Position numbers and translations under genes: made by a program. A stretch of DNA of 64,000 bases. It comes from Podarcis muralis (lineage: Eukaryota). Position 1 is the first letter of the stretch, and every line of letters starts with the position of its first letter. Positions 25,741 to 38,137 of the stretch are shown in pieces. The stretch lies in assembly GCF_964188315.1 (NCBI RefSeq), contig NC_135666.1:40982001-41046000 (forward strand). Reading direction: 5' to 3'. The notes under the pieces are model-generated. The model did no database searches and was not told where the DNA came from. It saw only the letters and a list, made by a program, of their open reading frames with translations.

Positions 25741-28700
25741 CTATATCTTGTGCTTCTTTTGTTGCATAAGAATACCTCAAGAATACCAGAACCCTGGTAA
25801 ATCTTCACATTGATCTGCATCATTGCTTACAGCAGTAAACCTGTATCAGAATCTACTATATTTAGCAAGTGCAATACCTAATTAAACGTTATGTGAGTTC
25901 TAAAGTAGAATCAAGCTGCAATCCTATACCCAAAATCAATAGGATCTACTTCTGAGTAGACTCGCTGGCTGGCACTGCATATCACTTCTTTCAATCGAGC
26001 TCTGGCCTATTTGAAACAGATACACACACACACACATACTAAAATACACTTTAGAATAATCCACAATGAGTTTCCAACACAGCAATACATCACTGGCTCA
26101 TGAGTCTTCTAGGAGAGGCTCCAGAATAGTACCACAGCTTTAATGTACCTTTAATGAGTCTGTTCTAGATCAGGGTTATAGCATCACCTGAGCTGGACTC
26201 AGCAAATGATCCAGATTCTTGGCTATGTACAAAGCTGGTGATTTCCTGTAAGCACAGGTACTGGGGAGACTGCTTGGGCTAAACAGTTCTGTTGCAGTTC
26301 AAAGAATGTTGCTGTACAGACGCTACTTAGTGGAATGGCAAGTGAACTCTCCCACGTTTCATGGAGGAACGCTGGTTCACTAACACACAGAGGAAAACAA
26401 GTGGCAGGGAGAAGCCATTGCAGAGAATGACATTCAGCCATTGCTCCTTCCTCTTAATCTGCCCCTCTTTGCCCACCAAATTGCCAAGTAAAGGGGTAAA
26501 GCACAAAGGGGTAAAGAACACACGCCCCAGGGGTGGGTCAGGTCACTCAGCTCAAAGGATGCCATATGGCAATGCCAGAACCAGTAAGCAGGTAGGCCCA
26601 GATGCTATTCCCGGGTTCTCTTGAACTGTCAGTGACTAGCAAAAGTGGAGAGATGTACCCCAAACATGCAACATTTGGGTTCAGTGCAATCATGCAGGCA
26701 TCAGCTAGCTGTCTCTAAGTCCTGTCACATTTTCCAAAGCATGTATTTACTGCCAAAGCCATATTTAAGAGGAGTAATACTCCCTACATCTTGCCTGTGC
26801 AAACAAACCTGTAGCAGCACCAGCGTTGCCACATTTTTCAGTAAAGTAGGCTCATAATTTATTTAAAGAAATTAATTTACTATTTAGTCACTTACACTGC
26901 AATCTTGTAACACTTACCTGGGGGAAAGTTCCATTTGATTCAGTAAGTGTTCTTCAGGGTAGACACGTGGAGGATTGTGTTGTTAAGAAATTAAAGCGAA
27001 GATCATCAACATGATGCCCACGGGTACCCATGCACCCACACAGATCTTTCCTGGTGCCCACAGGATCCCCTGCCTCCCTGCACCAGTGAATTTTGGCTTG
27101 AAAGAAGCTTTCCATTGTAGCCAATAGAATGGGTTATGATATGTGCTTGGTTGCTCTGTGTGTGTGTGTACATGATATCCATAACAGTTTCTCAAGCTGA
27201 AATGTGCATGCTGGCCCAAAAAGGTTAGCATCCCCTGAATTAAACTACTGCCCTGCTAGCAGTTACCTGGTTTTTTATAGTGAACATTGATTATAGTGAA
27301 CATTGATTATAAAGTGTTGCCTTAACCAAATTAAACCACATCCCTGAGTCAACTCTTAAATATTAGTGAAGATTGCTCCTTCCCTTGAGCAAAAGCACAG
27401 CGTCATCTTTTAATTTGTAATTCATGTATTAATAATTGCTGTGATATTTGTACAGTGAAATGAAACATGTTGCAACCCAGGATGACATTTCAGTATTCAA
27501 ATCCATCTAACTAAAAGTAATCTGAATTCACAAGACCTACAATCAAAGAGAAAAGTGACAAGTGCAAGGGGAGTGATAGATAGATGAAAGTACTTTTGAC
27601 AAAAGCTGTGAAGTGAGTTCCCACTGAGGGATGATTTTCGCTAGTCTCCAGGTATAACATTATGCACACTGATGAGCTGATCAACAGTACAGAACTTCTA
27701 CCCAGCTGTAATCAAGAGTGATTGATGGTTGGGACAAAAAAAGTTGATTATCATGACAAGACCACTGATGCAGAGAAAATAAGCAGCGCTGGAGAAAGGA
27801 GAAATCCTATTCTCAGAATATCCCTAAAGACTTCTTTATAAGACGTACAAGAAGGGCGTTTATGCTTTTAACAATGTGCTTCAGTACAAATGCAACCTAT
27901 TTATGCAGCAGTGTCCCCACCAACCACACACTTAAAACCTGCAGAAACCTAGCAGAACAAGATTTGTAAGTCATTTCACTCAAAACTCATTTTTTCAAAG
28001 CTCTATCTATCAAGAGTGCAGGTCAATACTATGAATACACCTGTATGTTTGTTCTTGCAGGAAAAAAAGCATATTTCTGAGAGCTGCAGGGGACTCATTT
28101 GAAACTGCCTTTTTGGATTTCATCTGCAGAAGCAGTGAGTCCCTGATGGCAATTTTAGACCTTTAAATGCTTCATTTTCAATTCATATCAAAACAGAAGC
28201 TTAATCCAAAGTGACATACCTTTATAAATATTGTTTCAATGTGAATAAAAATGCACTTAGCTCAAGATAAGCATAGCTTAACATTGGTATTTAGTTCAGT
28301 TTCCAAATTGCACTTTTCCAGCATGTATTAATATGAGCTCTGAGAATCTGAAACACTATTCCAAGTAAATATAGTCGGCAGCAAAAATTCAGCACCGTAG
28401 ATTTTTGCACCGAAATTGATTCATACAACTTACAGTATGTCCAACGTACACAAGCTAGCTGAACTGTAGCATTGGTCATAATGAGGCTGCTCTGCACTGC
28501 AAGCCATTATGTGCAGAATACTCACAACGTGAATCCAGTAATTTCCTTTGTGTCATCACAATTTGTATCCTTTTGGGGTACAAAAGGGGGCACTGTGGCA
28601 CAGACAGGAAAGGCCAGATAAGTCACGGCACATCAATACTCCACAGTTTAGGGTAGTTTTTATGTGACGGCATCTTGTAGTTTGTTCAGGTACATCAATA

Positions 28701-28889
28701 ATTGTTCTCAGTTTAAAACCAGAGAATCTGTTTAGTAAGGACAGCGGTAGCTGCAGATGACCTGAAGCTTTATCACAGGTAAATATTGCTGGCCAACTCA
28801 CTGAAGAAATACTAAGATAAATGATGACTAAATGAAGCTGTGTACCTGTGCCAATAATATTGCTATTTTAATAATGAGGAGTATAAACA

Positions 28890-30280
28890 AACCATCTGGC
28901 TGGGAGGTGGTTTCACAGGATGGGCGCCACTGCCAAGAAGGCCCTCTGCCTGTTTCCTGCAAGCTCACTTCTCACAGTGAGGGAACCGCCAGAAGGCCCT
29001 CGGCACTGGACATCAGTGTCCGGGCAGAACAATGGGGGTGGAGACGCTCCTTCAGGTATATAGGACCGAGGCCATTTAGGGCTTTAAAGGATAGCACCAA
29101 CACTTTGAATTGTGCCTGGAAACGTACTGGGAGCTAATGGTTCAGGACCAGTGTTATGTGGCCTCAGTGGCCGCTCCCAGTCACCAGTCTAGCTGCCGCA
29201 TTCTGGATTAGGTGCAGTTTCCGGGTCACCTTCAAAGGTAGCCCCACGTAGAGTGCGTTGCAGTAGTCCAAGTGGAAGATAACCAGAGCATGTGCCACTC
29301 TGGCGAGACAGTCTGTGGGCAGGTAGGGTCTCAGCCTGCGTACCAGATGGAGCTGGTAGACAGCTGCGCTGGACACAGAATTGACCTGCGCCTCCATGGA
29401 CAGCTGTGAGTCCAAAATGACTCCCAGGCTGTGCACCTGTTCCTTCAGGGGCACAGTTGCCCCATTCAGAACCAGGGAGTCCCCAGCCCCCTGTCTCCCA
29501 AAAACAGTACTTCTGTCTTGTCAGGATTCAACCTCAATCTGTTAGCCGCCATCCATCCTCCAACCGCCTCCAGGCATTCACACAGGACCTTCAGGACCTT
29601 CACTGGTTCTGATTTAAAGGAGAGGTAGAGCTGGGTATCATCTGCATACTGATGAACACCCAGCCCAAACTCCCTGATGATCTCTCCCAGTGGCTTCATA
29701 TACATATTAAAAATCATGGGGGAGAGGACGGAACCCTGAGGCACCGCACAAGTGAGAGCCCATAGGTCTGAACATTCATCCCCCAACACCACTTTCTGGA
29801 CACGGCCCAGGAGGAAGGAGTGGAACCACTGTACAACAGTGCCCCCAGCGCCTGTAAACGGTGCAGAAGGATGTCATGATTGATGGCATCAAAAGCCGCT
29901 GAGGGATCCAGCAGAACTAGGAAACAGCTTTCACCCTTGTCCCTAGCCTGCCAGAGATCATCGACCAGTGCGACCAAGGCAGTTTCAGTCCCATGATAAG
30001 GCCTGAACCCCAACTGGAAGGGATCCAAATGGTCCCCATCCTCCAGGCAAGCCTGGAGTTGTTCAGCAACCACCCGTTCAATAACTTTGCTCAAGAATGG
30101 AAGATTTGAGATTGGGTGATAGTTGGCCGTATCGGCCAGGTCCAGAGATGTCTTTTTAAGAAGCGGTTTAATGACCACCTCTTTTAGCAGGGCTGGGAGG
30201 ACTCCCTCACAGAGGGAAGCATTCACCACCCTGCAGAGCCCATCGCCCAGCCCTTTCCGACTCACTTTTATGTACCTCTT
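28890..30280 (-). mobile_element. L2 (CR1/L2 group) LINE fragment, degenerate reverse transcriptase
   Basis: Frameshifted ORFs containing KEVVIKPLLKK, YHPISNLPFLSKVIERVV, GFRPYHGTETAL, VPQGSVLSP, QYADDTQLY, LNPDKTE and LDYCNALY. Both ends truncated; boundaries approximate. Confidence 0.95.
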
Positions 30281-30352
30281 CCCATCAGCCCACCCCATCC
30301 CCAATTTGGCCAAACATTCTCAACTGAGAACTTTCTGCTTGGCTCTAGATGC

Positions 30353-30377
30353 GGGGGGGGGGGGGGGGGGAGGAGGG
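30353..30377 (+). repeat. Poly-G tract (G18 AGG AGGG)
   Basis: Direct reading. Confidence 0.9.
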
Positions 30378-30757
30378 AATGAACTGAGCTAAAGTATTCA
30401 AATAGTTTTTACAGCACAACATTAGGGACATCCAGTTTCAGACTGAGTTCAAGTGCTATTACCAGCTTCTAAAATTATGTCTTAGGAAAACTATGGTAAC
30501 GTTTCAAAATTTGCAGCACATGCCTATAAAAGCAGAAGCCATCGCATATCCAACTGTGCAAAAATGTATTAGGATGTTCTCAAATTAGTCATGTGTTCTG
30601 TATAAATGCAGGGCATTCTCCAATATTTGATTAGGCTTCCTAAGGCAGAATATCAAGATGTTCGGATGTTCTGTACGCTTTCCGTGTTATATTGATATTC
30701 ACTGAGAATATTCGAATGAACAACTTTCTAGTATTTCCCCCCCCCCCCTTTTCATTA

Positions 30758-30976
30758 CAGTGGTACTTCGGGTTACGTATCCCTCTGAATACATAATCTT
30801 CTGGTTGCAAACATGGCATACCGGGAAGTGTATACTTCTGGGTTTTGCCACGCATGCGTGAGCAGAAGCGATCTGCGCACCACTCACATGTGCAGAAGGG
30901 TGCCTCCAGTTACGGACTTTTCGGGATGCAGCCGGGCCTCTGGAACGGATCCCGTCTGTAACCAGAGGTACCACTG
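30758..30976. mobile_element. Tc1/mariner MITE
   Basis: TIR CAGTGGTAC(T/C)TC with TA duplications; interior differs from the 38138/58252 type. Confidence 0.88.
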
Positions 30977-30994
30977 TATTTTTCAGTTGCCAAT

Positions 30995-31427
30995 TGTAAT
31001 GAGTATGGGGTTGCTCGTGCGTAAGCTGCCGCCTCTCCAGGCCAAATTGCCTTGTTAAACCTTTCTGTCTGGACAGCCCTTCTCTTCGTGGCTGCCTCAG
31101 TCGCTAGCAGAATCCGTCAGTGGGCGTTTCTTAAACCTTTTCCAACATAAAAATTGTTTGACGCCCAGTCTCCTCCTACTCTCCCTGCGCGGAAGTCTTC
31201 CGCGCAGGGAGGGCGTGGGTAGCGGAGGACCTGTGCTCTCCCCGCTGGTGTCCAGTGAAGAGTCCTGGAGCCCTCTCGCCGATTCCCCCATCTGCCCCCC
31301 TTTATCCCTGGTGTTGTGCTGATTTGCTTCCCCCTCTGCTGAGCTGCCTCTCTCCCTGCTGGGCCCTTCTCCAGCATCATTTGAGAGCCTTCCCTCTGCC
31401 TCTAGCTCCGATGTCAGTTCCCTGACA
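30995..31427 (-). mobile_element. Solo LTR (433 bp), probably Ty3/Gypsy-type
   Basis: TG...CA termini (TGTAATG / CTGACA) with perfect 5-bp TSD CCAAT (30990-30994 and 31428-31432); GC-rich. Confidence 0.85.
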
Positions 31428-31463
31428 CCAATATATGCCACACTTTGTAGAAAAGCAAGAAAA

Positions 31464-31592
31464 TAAGGTTGCCATATTCTGAAGAGCAAAAAAGAGGACA
31501 CATTTGCTGACTTCTAACAATGGATCACTATGGTGACTCTACCCATGAAAAAGAGGACGTGTCCTGGAAAAAGAGGACATATGGCAACCCTA
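31464..31592. mobile_element. MITE with TAGGGTTGCCATAT-type TIRs
   Basis: 13/14-bp TIR match; three internal AAAAAGAGGAC subrepeats; no clear TSD. Confidence 0.75.
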
Positions 31593-32276
31593 AAATATGC
31601 CAATGTATTCCACACATGAGAAAATATTTGGAATGTTACATCCGAGTGGCAAGCCACCGGCCCCCCAAACCATGTCCAGCTCTTCCCCAAGCCTTTCCCC
31701 CCTACCACATTTGCCTGTGCAGCTGAAGAGAAGTTTCCCAGGCACTGTGGTTTGTTTTCTTCCAGTCGGCCTAGGCACCTATCTGCTCTTCCTTTCCCTC
31801 CATGATCAGCAGGCTTCCATATAACTTTATCTATAGCTATATATAATTCAAGCTGTAGAACTGAAATTGCAGAAAGGAGAACCGAAAGAGAAAAGCTGAG
31901 CCGATGAGTATCAAGTAATCATATACATTATTGCTCCATAACCATGAGGCAAATGTGAAATAATATCATACAGGTTCCATTGCCAAAAAAGCAAAGCAAA
32001 GCAAAGCAAAAACCCAAACCCATTATCTCATGCATACATATTTTTAAGAAGATATAAATTATCTACTTACATCCGAATTAAATCTCAACTGGCAAATGTT
32101 GCACGATATGATTTGCTTTCTTCTGTGAGGAAGAGGAACCCCAAACGTATGATTTATTACAGCTTTTTGAATTGGGTCCATCTGCAACAAAAGGAGGAGA
32201 AATAAAAGCTTTTCTGTTCTCTTGGAAGTCTGCCAATTCTGCTAACAATGCTTAATGGAATTTACACACTGCCAAT

Positions 32277-32515
32277 GGATCGTATCCAACCAAGCTTTAC
32301 ACAGAGTAGACCCACTGAAATTAACAGACTTACATTAGCCATGTCCATTAATTCAAGTTTATCTATGCTGAGTATGACTCCCACTGGATACAACCCAAAG
32401 TCTTATTTTCTTTTTAAACATTAGCAGTACAACCCTTGTAAGTCTTCTTAAAAGTAAGTCTCACTGAGTTCAATGGGGCTTTCCTTCCAAATAAATGTGC
32501 ACAGGATTGCAGCCC
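32277..32515. repeat. Two adjacent old palindromic repeats
   Basis: GGATCGTATCCA...TGGATACAACCC arms, then a GTAAGTCTCACTGAGTTCAATGGGGCTT...GGATTGCAGCCC element. Related pieces near 25915, 26890 and 43555. Confidence 0.5.
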
Positions 32516-33239
32516 AAGATACCACTTCCTTTCTATCTGTATAGATGTAGCAATTTTGTTTTATTTTTTGAGCAAAAAATAAAAATTGGGTGCAAATGAA
32601 ACAAAGAGCTCTGAAGGGCACACCGGACACAACTTTAGAAAATCTCATTGCAAGAAATTGATGGATCCTAAAGAAATGTGCTGAACATTCTGACATGTCA
32701 GACTGTTCTTTCTTAACTTTAGTTAGTTACTACACAAGGTCTGAATGTTTCCTCCCTTGCTTCAGCGTTAAAGAATCTCACTTCAACTTTCACATATATT
32801 GTGTTTTTCTGGCACAGAAAGTGGGATCATTTCTCCTTCTTGGCTCTTTTTGGTGTGTGTCTGCAGTAACTCTCAAGTGGGAAGAATATGGCAAAAGAAG
32901 CATGCTATAAGACAAATTAAGATAGAAGACTCAAGGGAAAATACAAAAGAACAAGTAGTAGAATGGATTATTGTGTCAAGGACTCATTGTGCAGTTACTT
33001 TTAGCTCTCGCTTGCTTCACGAGATTTCATTAAGATTTTTTGATGTTTAAATATTTATTATTGAGCAATGAGAGACATATTTTGCATTTTATTTGAAGTG
33101 CAAAAAAGGATAAATATATCACAGATGCAAAGAAAAATGACAAGTTCTTTATTTTTGCAACATGGCCAACTTATTTCAGCTACAAATGCTTTCCTTGTTT
33201 CTTCATGAAGCAATCTCAAAACTTTCTGTTCTCAAAGAC

Positions 33240-33482
33240 CATGGGTAGGCAAACTAAGGCCTGGGGGCCGGATACGGCCCAATCACCTTCTAAATCTGGG
33301 TCTGGGAATCAGTGTGTTTTTCCATGAGTAGAATGTGTCCTTTTATTTAAAACGCATCTCTGGATTATTTGTGGGCCATAGGAATTCATTCTCTCGCTTT
33401 TTTTCCAAAATATAGTCCAGCCCCCCACAAGGTCTGAGGGACAGTGGACCAGCCCTCTGTTGAAAAATTTTGCTGACCCCTG
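33240..33482 (+). mobile_element. hAT-type non-autonomous DNA transposon
   Basis: Ends CATGGGTAGGCAAACT / TTTGCTGACCCCTG; imperfect flanking duplication (TCAAAGAC / TAAGAC); homologous to 17893. Confidence 0.8.
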
Positions 33483-33709
33483 TAAGACTAATAGGGAGAA
33501 TCAGTAATAATATAACACGAAAGCAGAAAGGCATGGAAGAAGAAACTGTCACCACACATGTCGCTACGCATATTGCAGAACACTGCTCCACAGTAGGAAA
33601 ACAATAGGGCTATGCTTGTCTAAGCAGTTGAAAATGGCCACAAAAGTGGCAGCTGGAAAAAATGGGAAGACTACAGAGGAAACACAGGAATGAAGTGGAT
33701 CTGGAGTTA

Positions 33710-34343
33710 TGTCATATGAATTCTCCAGAACAACTGAATAAGAGGACTGTATATTGAGACCTCCAATTTGCCACCCCCCTTTTTCTGGTGATGGATTGGG
33801 ACAAGCCATTTTGGAGGGAGTGCCAGGCCTAATGAGCACAGCAACTCTTCTCAGCAGATCTTGCCCCTATGAGGCAGTTGTGGAGACTGAAGGTCCCCAC
33901 ATTCTCACAGCTGCCTAAGTCTCCTCCTTCCCTGGGTCCTTCCCAAGCAAGCTGAGACTACGCTGGTGTGCCTGTCTCTGTTACTCCCTCTTCATACCTC
34001 TTCTGGTCCTGGGAGACCGGGGGGAGGGGGGGCTTGTCATTGCAGCAGGGAGTGGCACCCTGGCTTCTTCACCAGCCTGACTCATCTCTGCCTCTTGGCC
34101 TCCCTCATCTCCTGCTTCTGCTTCCGGACTTCTCTCTGCCACAAACTCTCCTTGCTCACTAAACCCTGTTACCTCTTCAGCTTTCTACACCACCACCACC
34201 TCCCAGTCTTCTCCCTGTTCTCCATCTGACCACTCATTGTCACCCCCAACACCAATTCCTAGGCTCTGCCTGAGCTTTCTTTCCTTGGGGGTTCACCAAC
34301 TGGTGCCTCCCACCATTCCTCTGCTTTCAGCCAGTCCATGACA
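33710..34343 (-). mobile_element. LTR-like element (second family), left boundary tentative
   Basis: TGTCAT...ATGACA termini; purine-rich minus strand with a degenerate acidic ORF; no TSD found. Confidence 0.6.
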
Positions 34344-35895
34344 CCAGAGGGGGTGGGGGGGGGTGAGAGAAAGCCTTGTTGTCTCGATGGTAAATCTCCC
34401 ACCCCCACTCCAAATGACAGGAATCGCTTTATGCCACCTAGTTTGGGTTCCTTTAACTCCCTTTTTGGGGTTTGCCTGAAATGCCCATCCCAAATCAGGT
34501 GAACCTCAAAACAGTGGCAAAAGGTCTAGTATCTATTTGAGCCCAGACCTAGTAGCAATAACTGCAAGCACCCTTAAATCTGAATTTAATGCCAACACGT
34601 TGAATCAAATTCTGCATTCATGATATCTTAAAACAGAACCCATGACCATTTTTCAAGCACAGATACGAAACACATGAGTCAGCTAGCTTTTCTATGTATG
34701 GAAGGGATCCCAGGAAAAACAAACATCTCTTGAGATCAAGTACTATAAATAGGACACGATAACATTTATTATTATGGTACTGATCATGACCCGGGACTGA
34801 CTGCACATCAAAGGCATAATAATCTAGCCCCTGGTTCCAGAAGATGCCATTCTGCATCCCAACAGAAAAATCTACTGGACTTACCTATATCAACCGAAGC
34901 ACACAAAAATGTCCTATACTGTACTCACAAAGTGTATTTCTCTTATTAAGGATCTAGGATTCTACAGGCTACAAAATGTATCTCTAAAATGTGAACCTCA
35001 TGATTTGTGCTTGTAGTTCTATATGCAAAGAGGTTTGGATGGCAGCCAAAGTGATTAAGAAAAGCCGGTTCAGATGCAGAAATCTGTACTCTGCCAATTG
35101 CTGTTTGATACAGCAAGTCAGAATTGCTTTTCCAAATATAACTCCATAAATCCCAGTCCCTAACAAAGTCAGGGCAGACAGGCAAGTGAGGGTGAGTGCA
35201 CTAGAATTATATTAGGCTCTAGGATTTTCTCCTAGAGTAGTTTTGTGGGGAGGGGGAGGGGAAGGCTGCCAGCCCATAAAGTTTTAAATAAATATTAGGT
35301 AAGTGCCCAAATGTTTGTTAAAGGAAAGGGATGCTGGCAAGTGGACCACACATACTCTCACCCATACACATTTGTGAACTCTGAGAAACTGAGATAAAAA
35401 AGGGCAGGGAATATGAATGGTCTGCTTGAATCAGAAGAACAAAGTAAAAGAAATGGACCATCAGGACAGATAAAGCGGAATATATTAGAAATCTGATAAG
35501 TGTTTGATTATTTAGAAACATATTCTCAACAATCTGTATATAAAGATAGCAGGCATTATAGTTCCTTGTTCTTTTCTCTAACCTTTCCAGGAACCTGCCT
35601 GTGAAACCCCTAAATGTTTATTCAAAGCCCTTCCTCTGCATTTGAAATCCGAAATCCCTTTTTTTGGAATAACCTCCTGGTTTTAGTGCAGCATGCAAAT
35701 AATCCTGCAAGTTCTCTATAACCATTTTTCAGTCTCATCAAATGGTGTTTGGGCTCTAACCATGTGAAAAGCACAAGGGAATATATGAATGCTATGCTAT
35801 GAATTGCCAATAGTATCTTTATTCTGTAATCCCCTCCATCACCACGTTTGTTCCGTTTAGGTGCTTTTTAAAGGTTGAAAGCCTACATGCACTTA

Positions 35896-36259
35896 AAAGG
35901 TAAAGGTAAAGGTACCCCTGCCCGTACGGGCCAGTCTTGACAGACTCTAGGGTTGTGCGCCCATCTCACTCAAGAGGCCGGGGGCCAGCGCTGTCCGGAG
36001 ACACTTCCGGGTCACGTGGCCAGCGTGACAAAGCTGCATCTGGCGAGCCAGCGCAGCACATGGAACGCCGTTTACCTTCCCGCTAGTAAGCGGTCCCTAT
36101 TTATCTACTTGCACCCGGGGGTGCTTTCGAACTGCTAGGTTGGCAGGCGCTGGGACCGAGCAACGGGAGCGCACCCCGCCGCGGGGATTCGAACCACCGA
36201 CCTTTCGATCGGCAAGCCCTAGGCGCTGAGGCTTTTACCCACAGTGCCACCCACGTCCC
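35896..36259 (-). mobile_element. Sauria SINE, full length, distinct CpG-rich subfamily
   Basis: 13-bp TSD CTACATGCACTTA (35883-35895 and 36260-36272); intact GGTTCGAATCCC box; divergent 3' half. Confidence 0.95.
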
Positions 36260-36863
36260 CTACATGCACTTACGTGGGGGTAAATTCCATTAAACTTAAT
36301 GTGGCTTACATCTGAGTAGCAGGGAGCCAACAGGATTTGCCTGAGTAATTGTTGCAGGGTAGGCTGTCGTCTCAACACAGGTAAGACAAACACAGCTGTA
36401 GGCTTAAACTGGACCATTTACTTAATATTACTTGCTACAACAGAAGAAAGGCAGAAAGCTGAAAGAGAAACTAAACCCACAAGTTATGTGCCCAAGCATA
36501 CCCAAGAGTTCCCAGTCATCCTTATGACTTACTTGTAGCTGCCTACAAGGAAACTTCCAAAAATGCCTGCTGACCTAAAGCCAGTAAGACTAAGCCTTAT
36601 AGCTATGTCTGCCATCCTTGAGGTGAGACAAAGCACCTACTCTGCAACATAGAGTAAAGGTGGCATGTATTTTGCTCCACTGGCAAAAGCCACTATACTC
36701 CCTGATCTACACTCCACATGGGTCTGCCACTGAAGATAACTTGGAAACATCAACTGGTCACCCCCCCAAAAAAAAAGACCCCAAATACTTTCTGGGGTAC
36801 CTCGTTTCCAATTAAGGATTTTCAAATGAATGTTTAAAGCCCTAAACAACTTAGCCTCCATCT

Positions 36864-36985
36864 CACAGAATCAAAGTTGGAAGGGGACCTGAGAATCATC
36901 TAGTCCAAGCCCCTGCAATGCAGCTGCCCCTAACGGGGATCGAACCTTCAACTTTGGCGTTGCCAACACCACACTCTAACCAACC
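36864..36985 (-). mobile_element. tRNA-Ile-derived SINE with CR1-type tail
   Basis: Reverse complement GTTGGTTAGAGTGTGGTGTTGGCAACGCCAAAGTTGAAGGTTCGATCCCCGT resembles tRNA-Ile(AAU); followed by GCATTGCAGGGGCTTGGACTAGATGA...CCCTTCCAAC. Confidence 0.7.
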
Positions 36986-36993
36986 ATGTAAAT

Positions 36994-37129
36994 CAGGCAT
37001 AGGCAACCTCGGCCCTCCAGATGTTTTAGGACTACATCTCCCATGATCCCTAGCTAACAGGACCAGTGGTCAGGGATGATGGGAACTGCAGTCTCGAAAC
37101 ATCTGGAGGGTCGAGGTTGCCTATGCCTG
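36994..37129. mobile_element. Palindromic hAT MITE
   Basis: TIR CAGGCATAGGCAACCTCGGCCC; TSD ATGTAAAT / ATCTAATT (6/8). Confidence 0.9.
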
Positions 37130-37825
37130 ATCTAATTGATGGTGTCCTCCCTACAGACCTTCTGAAATATTAAGATCGGCAGAGGGGGCCTCTTGGTAAT
37201 TCTGCCATACTAGGTAGCTTGGGGGGTGGTAGCCCGGGAGAGGACATTCTTTGTGACATTGTGGAAATCCCTTCCCACTTTCACTATGCAGGTTTTTTGT
37301 TATGCCTAACTTATCGAATGTCTGCCTGTCAAAAAGCAAGAGCTTTGCTCCCCTCCAGTGCCAACCTTGACCCATGTAAACAACCCAAGTTTAATGAGTT
37401 GTGAACCGGTTACATCACTGTAGGTCTTTGTTCAATTGCTCCTAGGCTAGCAATGCTACGTTCATTGCAAGATCAGGCATGCAGTTTCTGACTGAAGAGG
37501 TCAGGAGTCAAAAGAGAATTAAGATTTACAGCAACCAAGGTTCAGGTGCACATGCTTGGATAAATTCCAGATTAAACTGTTAAACAGCAAGCAGTGTATT
37601 CTAAGAGTATGTGTTGTGATTATTTATTTATACCTCATGATAACTGCAGCAATACTCTCAGCAAAGGTCAAAAAGCCACCCTTCTCTTTTGTTGTTTTTT
37701 CTATTTTTGAGCAAAAAAGGCTTTGAAGCTTTGTCATGGATACACCCATTTAAGAATTTAAACCAGCAACAACAGCCCATCCCCAAGGACTGGCCTATTT
37801 TTCTCTCAAGGGTGGGAAAGCATTT

Positions 37826-37828
<3 letters not shown>

Positions 37829-37861
<33 letters not shown>

Positions 37862-37862
37862 G

Positions 37863-37898
<36 letters not shown>
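37829..37898. repeat. (CA)n tract with CG-rich core
   Basis: 70 bp of uninterrupted pyrimidine-purine alternation. Confidence 0.95.
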
Positions 37899-37899
<1 letters not shown>

Positions 37900-38137
37900 T
37901 CTCCATATGTTACTGCTACTATCAACTTCCCCTTTCTACACCGGCCACACATACACCAAATTTTCTTTATTAAATAAAAATAACCAACACACCAAGAGAC
38001 TGGATTACCGTGGAGTGTATTTCAGGGTTGTTGTCCATTACTCCTCCCTCTCTCAGCTCCCCCCACCCCCAAATGTAGAATATCAACACTGGGTGAATTT
38101 GCAGAGCTGATGTAACTCATTATTCTCAAGCACAATA

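Noticed and set aside
26905-26925. ACTTACCTGG resembling the U1 snRNA 5' end
   Set aside because: No U1 body follows; it is part of an old palindromic repeat.
35953-36138. ORFs inside SINEs and MITEs (also 22976, 47837, 48404)
   Set aside because: Incidental frames in non-coding repeats.
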